Source: Lama guanicoe
Lineage: Eukaryota
Length of the DNA stretch: 64,000 nucleotides
Direction of reading: 5' to 3'
Assembly: GCA_013239625.1 (NCBI GenBank)
Contig: MU053792.1
Coordinates: 1,010,112 to 1,074,111, forward strand
The notes beneath the pieces are model-generated. The model saw only the letters and a list, made by a program, of their open reading frames with translations. It did no database searches and was not told where the DNA came from. The position numbers and the translations under genes are program-made. This document shows positions 12,148 through 25,794 of this stretch, piece after piece. Numbering within the stretch: the first letter of the stretch is position 1; every line of letters starts with the position of its first letter.

Positions 12148-14499
12148 AGAAGTGGAAGCAGAAAAAACATCTTTCCTCAGTAACAGTCCCTAGAATATGT
12201 GTGAAGTACATAGTGAGTCAGAACATAGGCTGAATTTTGGTTGATTTCATGAAGATGTCTATCTCATTAGTAGGACTGACTGAAAAAAAGACGACCTGAT
12301 GAATTTTTCTGATCAGATGAGAAGGTATTCCACATAATTGTACCTAGCTGTGGAATAATTTGTCTACAGAAATTATCAAAAGATAATTAAGGTTTTTTGC
12401 CATACTTTTGAAAATAGCTTTCATTTAAATCTGAGTAGATTAGTGACATAAAGATAAGAAGTTACATTTCTTATAATTTTGTTTCTATGTTAGTAATACT
12501 ACTGTATGGTAAAATTTCTATATTTCTTATAGAATAGTTTTACCAAAAACAAAATTTTAAATTTGACATCGGTAAAAAGGGATAGCTGTTTGGACTCGAA
12601 TCTGAGGAAATGCTATAAAGCTAGGAAAAAGTGATTTTTAAATATTTATGTTTAAGTTATAAACATTTCAGTTAAAACATTTAGTTTCATAGAGTAAACT
12701 CAAATTACCAAGAAAGCAAGATCATCACCCAGTGCAGAATTTACTGAACATGTCAGGCAAAGCCAGTTTTGAAACTATATCAGCTGGTAGTTTCCAATGA
12801 CCGCATTTGAAAGATATAAAGAGCTCTCAAGAGACCTGCTTTGCTACACTTAATTCAGTAGCTATTAACTGAAAAAGCCACACTTACGACACTTGCTTTA
12901 GACTGCTCCCTGGTCTCCCCACTGTCAACTCATTCCATTTCCCTAAGGCATAGCACATAGCAGGTGCTCAGAATATATTTGTCAATGCGTAAACACAACT
13001 GTATATAGTATCAGTGAAAAAACAAAGGTCCAGGAATTTTCCCAGAAAATGGAACATGCCAATTTGCTAATTTGCTATTATTATCCCACTGATATGCTCA
13101 TGGAAATAAGAACTAAGTGAAAAGTGACATCAAGGAGAGTTTCTGAAAAGACAAGTTGGAATTGTCCAGAATCATTTGCCTCATAGTCATTAGTATGGTG
13201 CTACATGGAAAGAGTGCATTCTCTCGCACATTCAGAAATAGGTTTTAATCTCTGAAAGTCCAGCAGGATAGAGTACTTAGCATTTGTAAAACCAAATGCA
13301 AATGTACTCAGTAGTATGTTTATATATTTTCTAAACAGTATCAGTAGTCTTTTCAAAAGAGAATTGTTCTTTAAGAAAATATTTTGATAAATTTTGAAGA
13401 GCTAGAGATGAGGTTTGGAAATAGTATCTCAAAAACCAGCAGAGAACTAAATTACTTTCCACGAAATAAGAATAACCTGTGTATTTATCTAGCTTTGAGT
13501 TTATTTTCTTTGGATGAAAAAGTGGACTGAAGAATGAGGGAAACTACAAGATAACGAGGAAAAAAAAAAGACATTAAGAAAGCAGAAAGTTGGGTAAAAG
13601 ACCAATAGGATTCTCCAAAACAACTAATGGGAACAGGAAAGTTTGACTTACGATTCTTCCATTGTAGGTATGCGATGCTTGATGCATTTCTCTTCCCATG
13701 ACCTACAGATTAAATTTTCCTACATGCCACAGACACGTGCTATTGGATTAAAGGAGGGAGTCAAGGAGAAAATCCTAAATCCCATGTTTGGGTTAGTGCT
13801 AGGCCAGAAATATTTCTAATAATATGTTGCCTTCCGACCAAAATGTACAGAAATCCAGATTGGAACATATCCTTCCACGTGGCAAAGAATGAGAATGAAG
13901 AGTCTTTTTTTTTTTTTTTTTGGATCTGAAGAGAATGGGAGGCTAAGAAGTCCTCCAGAATACATAAAATTCTCAGCCACCTGCACTGACTGTGACGTGT
14001 CACAAACAACAAAGTAAGTGCAAAGCGTAGATCATTATTTAATTATATGTGAGCATTGAGTAAATAATCTGTTAAAGTGCCATGTAAAATTCAGGGCTTG
14101 AGTGAAGGAGTTATTTAGGAGATTTGTAATCCTGTAATCCCAAACACAACAAGAGTTTGCTTAAGTAGAGATTATTATAACTTCCCCCTCAGAGTTCGTA
14201 CATGTGATCAACGCTTTTAAACTTCCTAAACACTTAGTGATGGCTGAAAACCATTCTTCCTAGTGCTCTCAAAATAAGGTTAGGAAACTCCTGACTTTCT
14301 CAATCTCTTCTCAGAGCACCGTCCAGTCTCGTGATAATATCACTCCACGTACTGTAGTGGGACTTAGAAGGAAAAACAATGGTAGTTCGTACATTTTCTT
14401 GTACATCTTCTCCCATGCATAAAAATCCCCCGTCTTTGAAGTCTGTGTCATGTAAACACACTGTCAAAACAGACTGCCTGCCAGTCCGTTTTGTCTGCT

Positions 14500-15580
14500 G
14501 ACTTCTCTGTCACGGCCTCACATTCATCAAGGACTATGGCCTTTGGCTCATTCTTCCTTCGCACCCAACTTCTGTTATCATCTTGAATGACTTCAAGGTC
14601 AGTGTAAATGCTTCATGGAAGCCCTGGCCCTGCGGTTCTTTGACTCCATGGCTTGTGAGTCACCCATACAATAGACATGTGGCAGACCTTATGATCATTT
14701 GCTTTCTCATCCTCCTCCAAATGATGACCCAGTTCTCTCCTTTCTCTCATACCCTAGTCACTGAAAAGAGCAGCCTTTTATCCCTTATTCAGTCTCTCTG
14801 TTTGGCTCTATCACTCCACCAGAATGTTCATCGCAATATCATGAGTAAACATCATGCGGCTGTATTAACCAAAAAATTTTCATATGGAACTAAACCAATC
14901 GATCTCTTCATTTTTTCAGTCTTCCCCCAAAACCCGTGTTTCTTTTCTCTTCTCAGTCTGTTTCACATTTCTCATTCCCTCCAACCAAACCTAACATGCT
15001 GATATTCCCCAGGGTTTGCCCTCTTCCCCTTTCTCTTTTCACAGGAAAAGGTAAACTACCATCATTCAGATGTCTACAATCATCTATACTTTATTAGCTC
15101 AGAAATCTCTATTTTCCAGTCTAGTCTCACATAGACAACTTTCTAGTGGTTATCTCTTTGTGACTTTTAGTCGCAACATGTCAAACTTTTACTCTGTATT
15201 TCTACCTCCTTTTGTATTTCCTGTCTCAGAGAGTGGCTCTAACATTTATCTAATCTCCCAAATTCGAAACATAGGAATCACTCCAGAACCACTTTTCTTC
15301 ATCATTCTCACATGTAATTAATCAACATCTTAAATTTCTTATATGTCCTAAATATTTCCTTACTCTGACCCATGCTCTTCATCTCTACTATGTCTGACTT
15401 AATCAAGGGCTCATAATTTCTCATTGTTGCTACTACAGTTGTCTCCTGCTGAGTCTGTTTGCTTCTTTTCTCCATTATAGCCTCCTCTAGTCCATTTTCT
15501 ACGTAGCTGCCAGAGAAATTTTCCTAAAACACAAATATGATCCTGTCACCTTCCTCATTAAAATAATTCACTGTCCATTA
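14500..15580 (+). mobile_element. Degraded LINE-2 ORF2 fragments
   Basis: Pyrimidine-rich L2-like blocks (tcatcttgaatgacttcaa; tccccagggtttgccctc; gctgccagagaaattttcctaaaacacaaatatgatcctgtcacc). Confidence 0.6.
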
Positions 15581-15942
15581 TATCAGCATCTCCTGTCAAC
15601 ATCTCCAGTGCACACAGACACAAGTGTTAAGGTGAAGCAGCCAAGAACAGTACTTAAATTATATCCCTGATCTTCCTCCAGTCACCAGGGCACACACAGA
15701 GCAAGGACACTGAACAAGGGACACTGCTGTCAGGACTTCTGTTTCTCCTGTCTCTGAAGGTGGAGTGCCTACCAGCATGCTCTGCTACCTTCTCAGGAAA
15801 TGGGCTCCATGCATGGCCTCTTTCCAATTGAAATGTCAGGCATGAATATCTTAACTCGTGGGTTTAGATGATAACTCAGTTCTCTCCCTCCTTTGGTACC
15901 CTAGAGAGAGAGGGAAACTGAATACTGGCGTCTACTTTTTTC

Positions 15943-16815
15943 ATAGGCACATGAAAAAATGCTCAATACCGCTAATTATCAGAGAAATGCAAATCCAAAC
16001 TACAATGAGGCATCACCTCACACCAGTCAGAATGTCCATCATTCAAAAATCCACAAATGACAAATGCTGGAGAGGCTGTGGAGAAAAGGGAACGCTTCTA
16101 CGCTGCTGGTGGAATGTAGTTTTGTGCAGCCATTATGAAAAACAGTATGGAGATTCCTTAAAAAACTAAAAATAGACTTATCCTATGATCCAGCAATCCC
16201 ACTCCAGGGCATGTATCCAGAGGGAAATTTAATTCAAAAGGACATCTGCACCCCAATGTTCACAGCAGCACTATGTGCAATAGCCAAGACATGGGAACAA
16301 CCTAAATGTCCATGGATAGATGACTGGATAAAGAAGTTGTGGTATATTTATATATACAGTTGAATACTACTTAGCAATAAAAAATAATAATAAAATAATG
16401 CCACTTACAGCAACATGGATGGAACTGGAGATTGTCATACTAAGTGAAGTAAGTAAGAAAAAGAAAGAAAAATACCATATGGTATAACTTATATATGGAA
16501 TCTAAAAAAATAACACAAATTAACTTTTTTACAAAACAGAAATAGTCTCACAGACATAGAAAACAAACTTATGGTTACCAGGGGGAAAAGGGGTAGGGGG
16601 GGAGGATAAACTGAGAGTTTGGAATTTGTAGATACTATTATATATAAAATAGATAAACAACAAGATCCTACTGCATAGCACAGGGTACTATAATCAATAT
16701 CTTATAGTAGCCTATAAATATAAAAGAACATGAAAGGGAAGTATATATATATCTGAATCACTATGCTGTACACCAGAAATTAACACAACCTTGTAAGCAT
16801 CAATTTAAAAAAAAA
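15943..16815 (+). mobile_element. 5'-truncated L1 (ORF2 C-terminus, 3'UTR, A tail)
   Basis: Translates to [29 protein letters not shown]...[11 protein letters not shown] (L1 ORF2 cysteine-rich end) and ends in an A run. Confidence 0.92.
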
Positions 16816-16817
16816 GG

Positions 16818-18395
16818 AGTTTCTTTAACATCTCTTATTAAAGCTTATTTGGTGTCCCTGAACTCTTTTGCTTCTGCTTGTTTGTGAAGTTTTTGATATC
16901 TCTGTCAAATTTGAACAAGGCTTGCTGGGTAAAGTATTCTTGTTGTTAAGTTTTTCTTTTCATCTATTTAAATGTATTAAGCCACTCTCTTCTAGCCGCC
17001 TGACTTTCTGCGGTAAAGTCAGGGGATGGCCTAATGGGAGCTCCCTTGTATGTTACGTGTTGCTTTTCCCCTGTTCTTAATATTCTCTGTTATCTTAAAT
17101 TTTTGTCATTTTAATTACAGTGTGTCTTAGTTTATTTCTTTTTGTGTTAATCCTGTATGCAACTCTCTGTGCTCCTGTACTTGGATAACTGTTTCCTCTC
17201 CCAGGTTAGGGAAATTCTCAGATATTATGTCTTCAAATACATTTCAACTCCTTTCTCTCACTCTTCTCTTTCTGGGGCCCCTATAATTGGAATATTAATG
17301 TGCTTAATGTTGTCCTGTCTTAAACTGTCTTCACTTCTTTTCATTCATTTTTCTTCTGTCTGTTCAGCATCAGTGGTTTCCACCAGTCTGTCTTCCAGCT
17401 GTCTGCTCTGTTCCTTTGGATCATTCAGTCTGCTGTTGATTCCTTTCAGCGTATTTTCCATTTCAGTTCTTGCATTCATCTCTGTTTTGTTGTTCTTTTC
17501 TAATTCTTTGTTAAAAACTTCTAACTCCTCACTCTGTGCATCCATTCTTCTCTTGAGTTATTTGATCATCTTTATGATGATTACTTTGAACTCTTTCTTG
17601 GTTAGATTGCCTATATCCACTTCACTTGGTACTTCTTCTGGGGTTTTATCTTGTTCCTTCATTTGGAACATGTTCCTCTGTGGTCTCATTGCCTGTTTTT
17701 ATGTATCTGGTACATAGTTTGTGTTCCCCAGCCTTGGAGAAGTGGCCTTTTGTAGGAGATGTCCTGGGCATCCCAGCAGCACATTCCCCTCTCGTTACCT
17801 GAGCTATACGCTCTAGGGATCCCCCTGTGAGGGCTGCCAGGGTCCTTCTGCTGTGGCAGGCTATGTGGGTATTCTCGGAGGCTTGGTTCTCCCTTGGTCC
17901 AGTTGGTTGCCAGGCTGCTGGCTGCTCACTGGTGCGACCAGGTCATGAGCTGGCTGACTGCAGGTCCCTGGGGGTCTCTGGGATGCGTGCTTGCTCACTC
18001 ATGGGCAGACTCAGGATCCAGGAGACTCCAGGGCTGTTGCCCGCTCACTGATGGGTGAAGCCAGGACCTGGGGCTAGGGCTGGCCTACTGGCAGGCAGAG
18101 TTGGGTTATGGGGTCTGATTGCAGTGCCCAGGGATCCCTGAGCTAGTGTTGGACTGCTGCTGGGTGGGGCTGGTTCCTGATACAGTTGGGGGCAGAGTCT
18201 GGAGTGTCCTGAAGCTTGTGGTGGCCTGCTAGTGGGTGGGGCTAGAGCCTAGCTGGTCCCAGTACAGAATCTGGCCTGCTGATGGGGGAAGCCAGGTCCA
18301 CAGGCTGTGGAGCTGTGCTTTTTTCACAATTGGCGTCTGCTCCCTGGTAAGTGAGGCTCATCTCGAAGCTACAGCAGGCTCTCTGGTGGGTGGTG
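16818..18395 (-). mobile_element. L1 5' region (ORF1 and GC-rich 5'UTR remnant)
   Basis: Minus-strand ORF1 coiled-coil peptide MDAQSEELEVFNKELEK...INSRLND...LEDRLVE. Similar to 51500-53100. Confidence 0.85.
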
Positions 18396-18427
18396 TTATA
18401 TATTTAAGTCTGATTTTTACATCATGA

Positions 18428-19235
18428 TGTGATATTGTGATTTATAATCTGAAGCACTTATGATTTTCTGGGTGATATGAATGTCTTTTGTTCTAATGAG
18501 GCAACTCCGTGTGGGCTTCTGGATGGCTCCTGGATGAATGACCATTCACCAGAAAGACCAAATCATTATTAAAAGCTTGGAATTTTCAGCCCCACCCTCC
18601 ATTGTCTTGAGAAGGGAGAAGGGCTGAAAATGGAGAGAATAATCCATTATGCCTGTGTGGTAAAATCCTCCATAAAAATCCCAAAATTCTAGGATTCAGA
18701 GAGCTTCCAGGTCAGTGAACATCCGCATACTGAGAAGGTGATGCACCTTCCATGCGGACAGAAATTCCTGTGCGCAGGACCTTCCTATACCTTATCCTTT
18801 GTATTTCTTTATCTGGCTGTTTATCTGTAGTCTTTATCATTTTCTTTAATGAACTGGTAAAGTTAAGTGTTTCACTGAGGTCTGTGAGCTGCTCAGAAAA
18901 CAAGAGAATCCAAGGAGGAGCAAGTAAAGGGAATCTCTTATTTGCAGTCAAGTTCAACAGACATTGTGAGTAATTTTGGAACCTACTACTTGCTATTGGC
19001 TTCTGAAGTGGGGCGGAAATGGTTTTATGGGACTGAGTCGTTAAACCGTGGGATCTCACACTATCTGTCAGAGTTGAGTTAAATTATAAGACACCAGTTG
19101 GTTTTGTGGAGAATTACTTGGTGTTGGGGGAAAAAAACCCATGCATTTGGTGACCAGAAGTGTCAGAAATGAAGTTTTCAGCGCAAGGAGTAAAAGGGAC
19201 GTAAAGCAGGAAGAATATCGAGTTTTTCAAACACA
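18428..19235 (+). mobile_element. MER21-like solo LTR
   Basis: Starts TGTGATATTGTG and ends in ...ACACA. Internal motifs ccagaaagaccaa, ttcagccccaccc, gagagcttccaggt and tttggtgaccagaagtg. Confidence 0.75.
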
Positions 19236-19375
19236 ATTGTTATATTCCTAGTATCAGAGTTGGAGCAGTTTCAGTTAACATTACCATTTCAAATTCACTC
19301 ATCAAAAGGCAATTTTTAGTGGTTATGAACATTAAAAACTATATTATTTCTTTGAAAGAATCTAACTCCTTTTCC

Positions 19376-20850
19376 AAGGTCAGTATTAGAGTGAGATCAG
19401 TGAAGCAATTGCTTTAAGAGCAAAATGTAAGTGGGTACCAAGTAACTCAGTAATAAAGTCAAATAATATTTTATTGCAATTTTTTAAATCAAAATTACTA
19501 CAAAAAACTTTGGTAAAATATCAAAATTTTAAATGAATACAAGATTCAGAGTTCTATGCCAAACCATATGAAACTGAGATAAAAGAAAAAGTTTCCCTCT
19601 GTACATGTGTTTTATTTGCAATAAATAGCTTTATTGTAGAATATTAAAGTAGTTGAAAAAATATTGAAAATTTGAAAAATAGATGTATTAAACTGACAAT
19701 ATTATTTTAGGTTTAAATATTTATATCAAAAATATATTATCTTTTTACTTTCTTGGCTTTAATGAAGCAAACTAATCGATAATACTTTCAAAATCTACTT
19801 TTTTATCTTCTTTTCAATTGAGAGAATTGACATTTTTGACACATTCTTTTCAATAAGTAAACATCTTAAATAATGTTTAATTCAGTTCAGCTTACTGAAA
19901 TTTCTTTTGCAAGGTAGCAAGGTACATTTGGTTTTTGTTTTTTCTTTTATAATTTTTTTTTATTGAAGTATAGTCAGTTTACAATGTTGTAGCAATTTCT
20001 GGTGTACAGCACAGTGCTTCAGTCATACATGAATATACATATATTTGTTTTCATATTCTTTTTCACCATAAGCTACTACAAGATAATGAATTTAGTTTCC
20101 TGTGCTATACAGTATAAACTTATTTATCTAATTTATATATACCAGTCAGTATCTGCAAATCTCAAACTCTCAATTTATCCCTTCCCACCTCCTTCCCCTC
20201 TAGTAATTAAGTTTGCTTTCTACGTCTGTGAGTCTGTTTCATATATAAGTTCATTTGGTTTTGGTTTTTTTTTTTTCGATTTCACATATAAGTGATATTA
20301 TTTTTTTTTTTTTTTAGATTTCACTTATAAGTGATATCATATGATATTTTTCTTTCTCTTTCTGGCTTACTTCACTTAGAATGACATTCTCCAGTTCCAT
20401 CCATGTTGTTGCAAATGGCATTATGTTATCATTTTTTACAGCTGAGTAGTATTCCATTGTATAAATATACCACAACTTCTTTATCCAGTCATCTGTCAAT
20501 GGACATTTAGGTTGTTTCCATGGATAGACCATGCACTCGGGCACAAAGGAAGCATCAACAAATTTTAAAAGATAGAAATTATTTCAAGTATCTTTTCTAA
20601 CCACAATGCCATGAAACTCAAAATCAACTACAGAAAAACAAAGGAGAAAAAAAATGACAGCATGAAGATTGAGGTACATTTATTTTAATATGTCAGTTTT
20701 TGAGTTTTCAAATTTTCCTGTTTTGACAAGAGTTTTGCTTTCATTTTTATCTTTAAAAATACTGCATTAAAATACATTTATCAATTACTGAGTTTTTTGG
20801 TGCCCGTTAAATTTTGCACCAGGCCAAGTGCCATATCTTATGTTCCAGCC
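19376..20850. mobile_element. MER96B-like non-autonomous hAT DNA transposon split by an L1 insertion
   Basis: Left end ...gcaaaatgtaagtgggtaccaagtaactcagtaat...aatattttattgcaat mirrors right end ...tgcattaaaatacatttatcaattactgagttttttggtgcccgttaaattttgc. Confidence 0.6.
19930..20671 (-). mobile_element. 5'-inverted L1 insertion
   Basis: T-rich tail and minus-strand L1 3' end (19930-20520) joined to a plus-strand endonuclease-region piece (~20522-20670). TSD AGGTACATTT at 19920-19929 and 20672-20681. Confidence 0.85.
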
Positions 20851-21433
20851 ATTTATAATCATTTGCCCACACCCAAGCATGATGAGTCAAACTTCTGAGT
20901 TTTTGTCCATGCAGCACTGTCTGACTGAAAGCTCTGCTCTGTTGGTAACAAATTCTATCTAGGACCCAGTCTTTCTAGGAAATTTTCCTGAATACCACTC
21001 TTAAGAAAAACCAGTGACTCTCTTCCTCAAGACCCACTAAATCTTACACATGCTTCTATCAGATTACTTATCATCTGTCTCCTCCAAATGTATTCATCGC
21101 AAGCCACTCAAGGGCAGGGACTGTCTCGTACAACTTTGTGATGTTTTTGCCAACAGAGGCACTCAGGAACACTTCATAAATACTGATGGAAGGAAGGAAG
21201 TGAAAGAAAGAGAGGGTGGAAATGAGAGAGAGAACAGTAGAAGATGATAAACAGTTGTCTAATTTAAAAAAGGGGGTGGGGGGGTAGACATTTACCTGAT
21301 GAGTCACACCCTAGTATGACTTACTTTTTTTGTTATCTGGTTTCATAAGTTTTAAAATATAAGTTTTAAAACATAAGCCTTAAGTAACAGAAACTCTAAA
21401 TCAAACAACCAAAACCCAAAAAAGGAAGTGAAG

Positions 21434-22104
21434 TGTTCTAAAATTTTATCTGGGATTTAATTTACAGAAGCTGTGACTGGCTGACCACATCAAGAGGCCA
21501 ATTACACTGAAAGAAGATTTTTATTACTTACATTTCCTAAAAGAAGAGGTCACACCACACCCTGCAGGCTCACAGGGGGATTATTAGGTTTTAGGCTGGA
21601 AGCAGGTAACGGGAATCCCCTATCTGCAGTCAAGTTCCTCAGACATTGTGAGTAACTTGGGAACCTTGCTGTAGGTTTATTACTTGCCATTGGCTTCTGA
21701 AGTGGGGCGGAAACCATCTTACAGTACTGAGCCCTTAAACCGTGGGATCTGACACTACCTGTCAGAGTAAATGAAATGCCTGCCCAAAGCCTTTATTGGA
21801 ATTTCCATGGGGAAAGGCATGGCAGGGCAGAGGAAACAGCTTAGGATATGTCAGTTTTAATACTGTTGCATACCTGGTCCTGGGTTGATTTGGGGCAGGG
21901 AAATACTGGTTTGTTATATGATAGTTTGATAAAGGGGGTGGCCAGGGCATATAGACTCAAGATTGATTGGCTTGTGTATGAAATGCACGCTCCAAGACAT
22001 CTCTAAGAAATGGTAGTCCTGAGAGGAGCAGTCAGAGAGGCACAAAATCAACCCTGTGATGAATGCTTGCCAAATAGACAAATGCAGAGCCTAAGAAAGC
22101 TCAG
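21434..22104 (-). mobile_element. LTR remnant (MER68/MER77-like) inserted in an MLT1 LTR
   Basis: tgtgactggctgacc...tttttattacttacatttcc and gccttta-ttgg...ttccatggggaaaggcatggcagggcag motifs. MLT1-like sequence flanks it at ~21300-21430 and 22105-22600. Confidence 0.5.
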
Positions 22105-22600
22105 AGCGGGGAGAAATTCACTGATTCATAAAACTGAAAATTCAGAATTAGTCTCAGTATCAGGTGAGGTTTGATCCAGCTGTTCAAATGATGTCATCAA
22201 GGGATCACCTTTATTCTCTCCATTCTGTCTCCCCAGTAGGCTCTATACAGAGACTTCCCAACTGCACCACCCAATGTAGCAGAACGGCTTTATACCTCTC
22301 CGGGCCTCTCATCTCCATGGGAAGCTAAGATGTCAAGGGAAAGAGTGAAAGTTTCTTTTTCTTAAAAGTTTCAACCAATGCCTTCTTATGTTTCATTGGC
22401 TCTGAATGGGTTGTGTGCCTACCTCTGCACCAACCACTGCAGCAGAGACTGGAATATATGGATAGGCTTGACCCATCCTTCCCCATTCCTGGAGCTGGGA
22501 GTCAAGTCGACCCTACTTGGACCGTGAAGATGAGAAATGCAGTGATGTCTAGAAGAAAATCAATAAACCCAGGAAGGGGACATGGATTCTGGGTATACAA
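22105..22600 (-). mobile_element. MLT1 (MaLR) LTR fragment
   Basis: tttgatccagctgttcaaatgatgtcatcaaggga; tcattggctctgaatgggttgtgtgcc...cctggagctgggag. Confidence 0.55.
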
Positions 22601-22829
22601 CCTGTTAACCAGAATTTTTTCTATTTCTGGTACCATTGGTTACATCACAGTAGTAAAAGATGCCAGATTCCTTCCTTTCAGGACAGAAGACCATGGCTTT
22701 ACCACGCAGTAACCCAAACAACTGGGGTATGTTTAGAAACACACACACTATTTATTAATGTGAATTTTAATAAGCAGAGAGAACAGATATTACCAATACC
22801 ATTTTGGTTAAACAGAAGCAGTACTTTTG

Positions 22830-23400
22830 CTCAAGTAATCTTTTACATCTTGGCCCACATCAAAAGTGTTACTATTGTAGCCACACACTTGGAGTAAACG
22901 GGATATTTAGAGGCATTTATATGGGACTTGGTGAAAAAACCTAACTCTATTTTTTCTCTATTACTAATTGTGATAAGAAATAAAAATACAAAGTATTAGT
23001 GAATAAATCTGTTCATACTTCCAAATCAAGTATTTTCCAGACAACTTTATTATGAAGCTTGAGGTTAGTTCTGCAGCCATAAATTTTTAAAATCAGATTG
23101 TATACTTAAACGCCTACCCAAAATTCTCAACAAAGGAAAGACAACCTCTTCAAATTCTTGGTAGCTGACATCACCCAGAAACGCTATCTGTGCTAGTGAC
23201 TTTAAAAAAAAAAATAAACCATTTTTACAACCATTTAAAATTTTACAACAAATTAAATTATATTTAAAGGATAAAACAAATATTTCCTTTCCGTTGTCAA
23301 CAAATGTAATGTTGAAAGTTCTTGCTAAAATGTGAATGGATTTGAATTCAATCCAACTTTTTTATACCAAGTATTTTAAGATAATGATGCACCATTTTGA
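22830..23400 (-). mobile_element. Possible ancient hAT/Charlie remnant
   Basis: Minus-strand fragments resemble a Charlie transposase C-terminus (FW motif, SIQSDFKNL). Heavily degraded. Confidence 0.3.
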
Positions 23401-24187
23401 AGAATGCACATGCTTTATTGGAGCAGCCACCCTGAAGCTGGCTTGGATGCCATTAAAAAGCACATGTGCCTCAAAAGGATGGAAGAATTTGATACATATG
23501 TATAAGCACAGTTTCTTTGCTGCTACAGTGAATGTTCTGCTTTGTAGAGTCTCTCTCCGTTTTCCACTTCCCAGCCATAGACACCATGGCAAGACCTTTG
23601 GCAAGGTATAGTAACCTTTGAGCATGTCTCCGGCAGCTTTGGGTGCCTCTTGTCCATCATGTGCAGTGGGACATTCTGCACCTGGCTACTAAAATAGACA
23701 GGCAGAGGGCCAGCCTCCTTGGCCTTGCACTAGGAGCTGAACAACAGGTGCCAGGTGCATCAGAGGAAACGATGGGATCCGCTCTGATGAGGCAACTCCT
23801 ATTTTGAGGCCTTTCATCACCATCCCTAGGGCTGAGGTACACCTGGAATCCATTCCTGAACACCCATCAGAAACCTCTGCCCTAAAAGTACAATTACAAT
23901 GCCAGATGCTAAGAGCAACCCACATTGTACCTTCCTGAATCCTGCTAACAAATAAAATAGTAACACTGGGGGAGGTGGTGCTTATGGCAAAGACTGCTCT
24001 TGTCCCACGTCATCTATTTTCTCCTTTAAGAGTAACTGAACCTGAACCCTTGATTTTCATCTGGGTGCATAGTCCATTTTCCAACTTCCCTCTATGGCTG
24101 TGACTCTGTCACTTAATTTCATTTAAAAGACTGGATGCTTCCTAAGGACATAGTTTCCCCTGAAGTCCTCTCAAAAGGTGTCTCCTC

Positions 24188-24680
24188 TGGATAAAGAAGT
24201 TGTGGCATATGTATACAATGGAATACTACACAGCCATAAAAATGACAATATAATGCCATTTGCAGCAACATGGATGGTCCTGGAAAATGTCACTCTAAGT
24301 GAAGTAAGCCAGAAAGAGAAAGAAAAATACCATATGATATCACTCATATGTGCAATCTTTAAAAAAGGACAAACGAACTTATATTTAAAACAGAAACAGA
24401 CTCACAGACATAGAATACAGACCTGTGGTTGCCAGAGGGGAGGGGAGTGGGAAGGGATAAACTAAAGAGTTCGAGATTTGCAGATACTGGCTGGTATATA
24501 TAAAACAGATAAACAAGTTTATACTGTATAGGACTGGGAAATATATTCAATAGCTTATGGTGAAAAGGAATATGAAAATGAATATATGTATATTCATATA
24601 TGACTGAAGAATTGTGCTGTACACCAGAAATTGACATAACATCGTAAACTGACAATACCCCAATTAAAACAAGAAAAAAC
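24188..24680 (+). mobile_element. Young L1 3' end
   Basis: ggataaagaagttgtgg...atgccatttgcagcaacatggatg...gaaattgacataacatcgtaaactgac followed by an A-rich tail. Confidence 0.9.
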
Positions 24681-25349
24681 AGATATCACTTTCTTTTTTC
24701 CTGCTGGCTCTGAAGGTGATCCACACCCTCCTTGCTCATTATTGCTGCTGCCAGCTCATTATTTCTCTCTTTCTTCCTAAAAATCCAGCTCCATTGAAGC
24801 ACTTGTCTTACATCTGTTACTTCCATTTATTGCAGTCATCTTCCTGGTCATTTCTTATTCACTGGAGCTTTTAGCCCCTGACTTTCTGCCCTTCACTTCA
24901 CCTACATTTTTGTCGGCATTTTTGGTGATTTCAGTACACACGTAGAGAATTCACCTACACCTTAGCCTCACTGGCCCTTGCACACATTGTCTCCATGGTC
25001 CTGTTTCCACTACATGAGGCTGCCACTCTAACAGTCATGCAGTCTGTGGAATACACATTAAAGAGGCTTCCATAAACACTACATCCTACGCTAAGACTAC
25101 AGTGTTTCTCTGGGAAACAGACAGAAGCTGGTCTGGACTACCAAATTAAACAGTTCTAGAATCAACCAAACTTGGACTTTGTTTTGTAAAAATCTGAAAT
25201 TTCCTTATGTTTGAGCCATTTAAAGTTGGGTGTTTTTTTTCCTTAATTGTACCCAAAAGCATCTTAAACAGTACAAGCATAGATGTAACAAATGCATCAC
25301 CCATTATTATGTAATGTCCAGATTCGCATTAGAACAAATTGAAACTCCT

Positions 25350-25790
25350 ACATGGAGAATGAAAGGCTGGAAGAAGTAGTACATTAATCCAAGTGAAACA
25401 GTGATGGGTTTGGGACAGTGTGGTGACAGCAAAAATGGAAAGAAGTGAACAGAATGAAAAATTATTTAGAGGTAAAATCTATAGAACAGCTGTGACTAAT
25501 AGATTTCTGTGTGAAAAACAGGACTGACTCAAAGATGAATGCCAGGTTTCTAGTTTGAACACCTACAGGAAGGTGTTATTATTTGTTGAGATCCTGAACA
25601 GCTGAGGAGGACCAGGTTTGCAGCAGATCAAGAGTTCAATTTTATAGGCACTAAATCTGAAGTGTCTGTGAAACATTTGAACAGAATAAAGGAGAAATCT
25701 GGGCTAGAGATGTTATTTTGAGAGTGAGCATAGAATAGTAATTGAAGCCAGTGAAATGTCTGAGCATCTAGGTAGAGAGTGTAGACCTGT
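25350..25790 (-). mobile_element. LINE-2 fragment
   Basis: Purine-rich L2 antisense signature (gtagtacattaatccaagtgaaacagtgatg...caagagttcaatttt...ctgggctagagat). Confidence 0.65.
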
Positions 25791-25794
25791 AGCT

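Noticed and set aside
17157..17717. 186-aa hydrophobic ORF on +
   Set aside because: Antisense reading of A-rich L1 ORF1, not a membrane protein gene.
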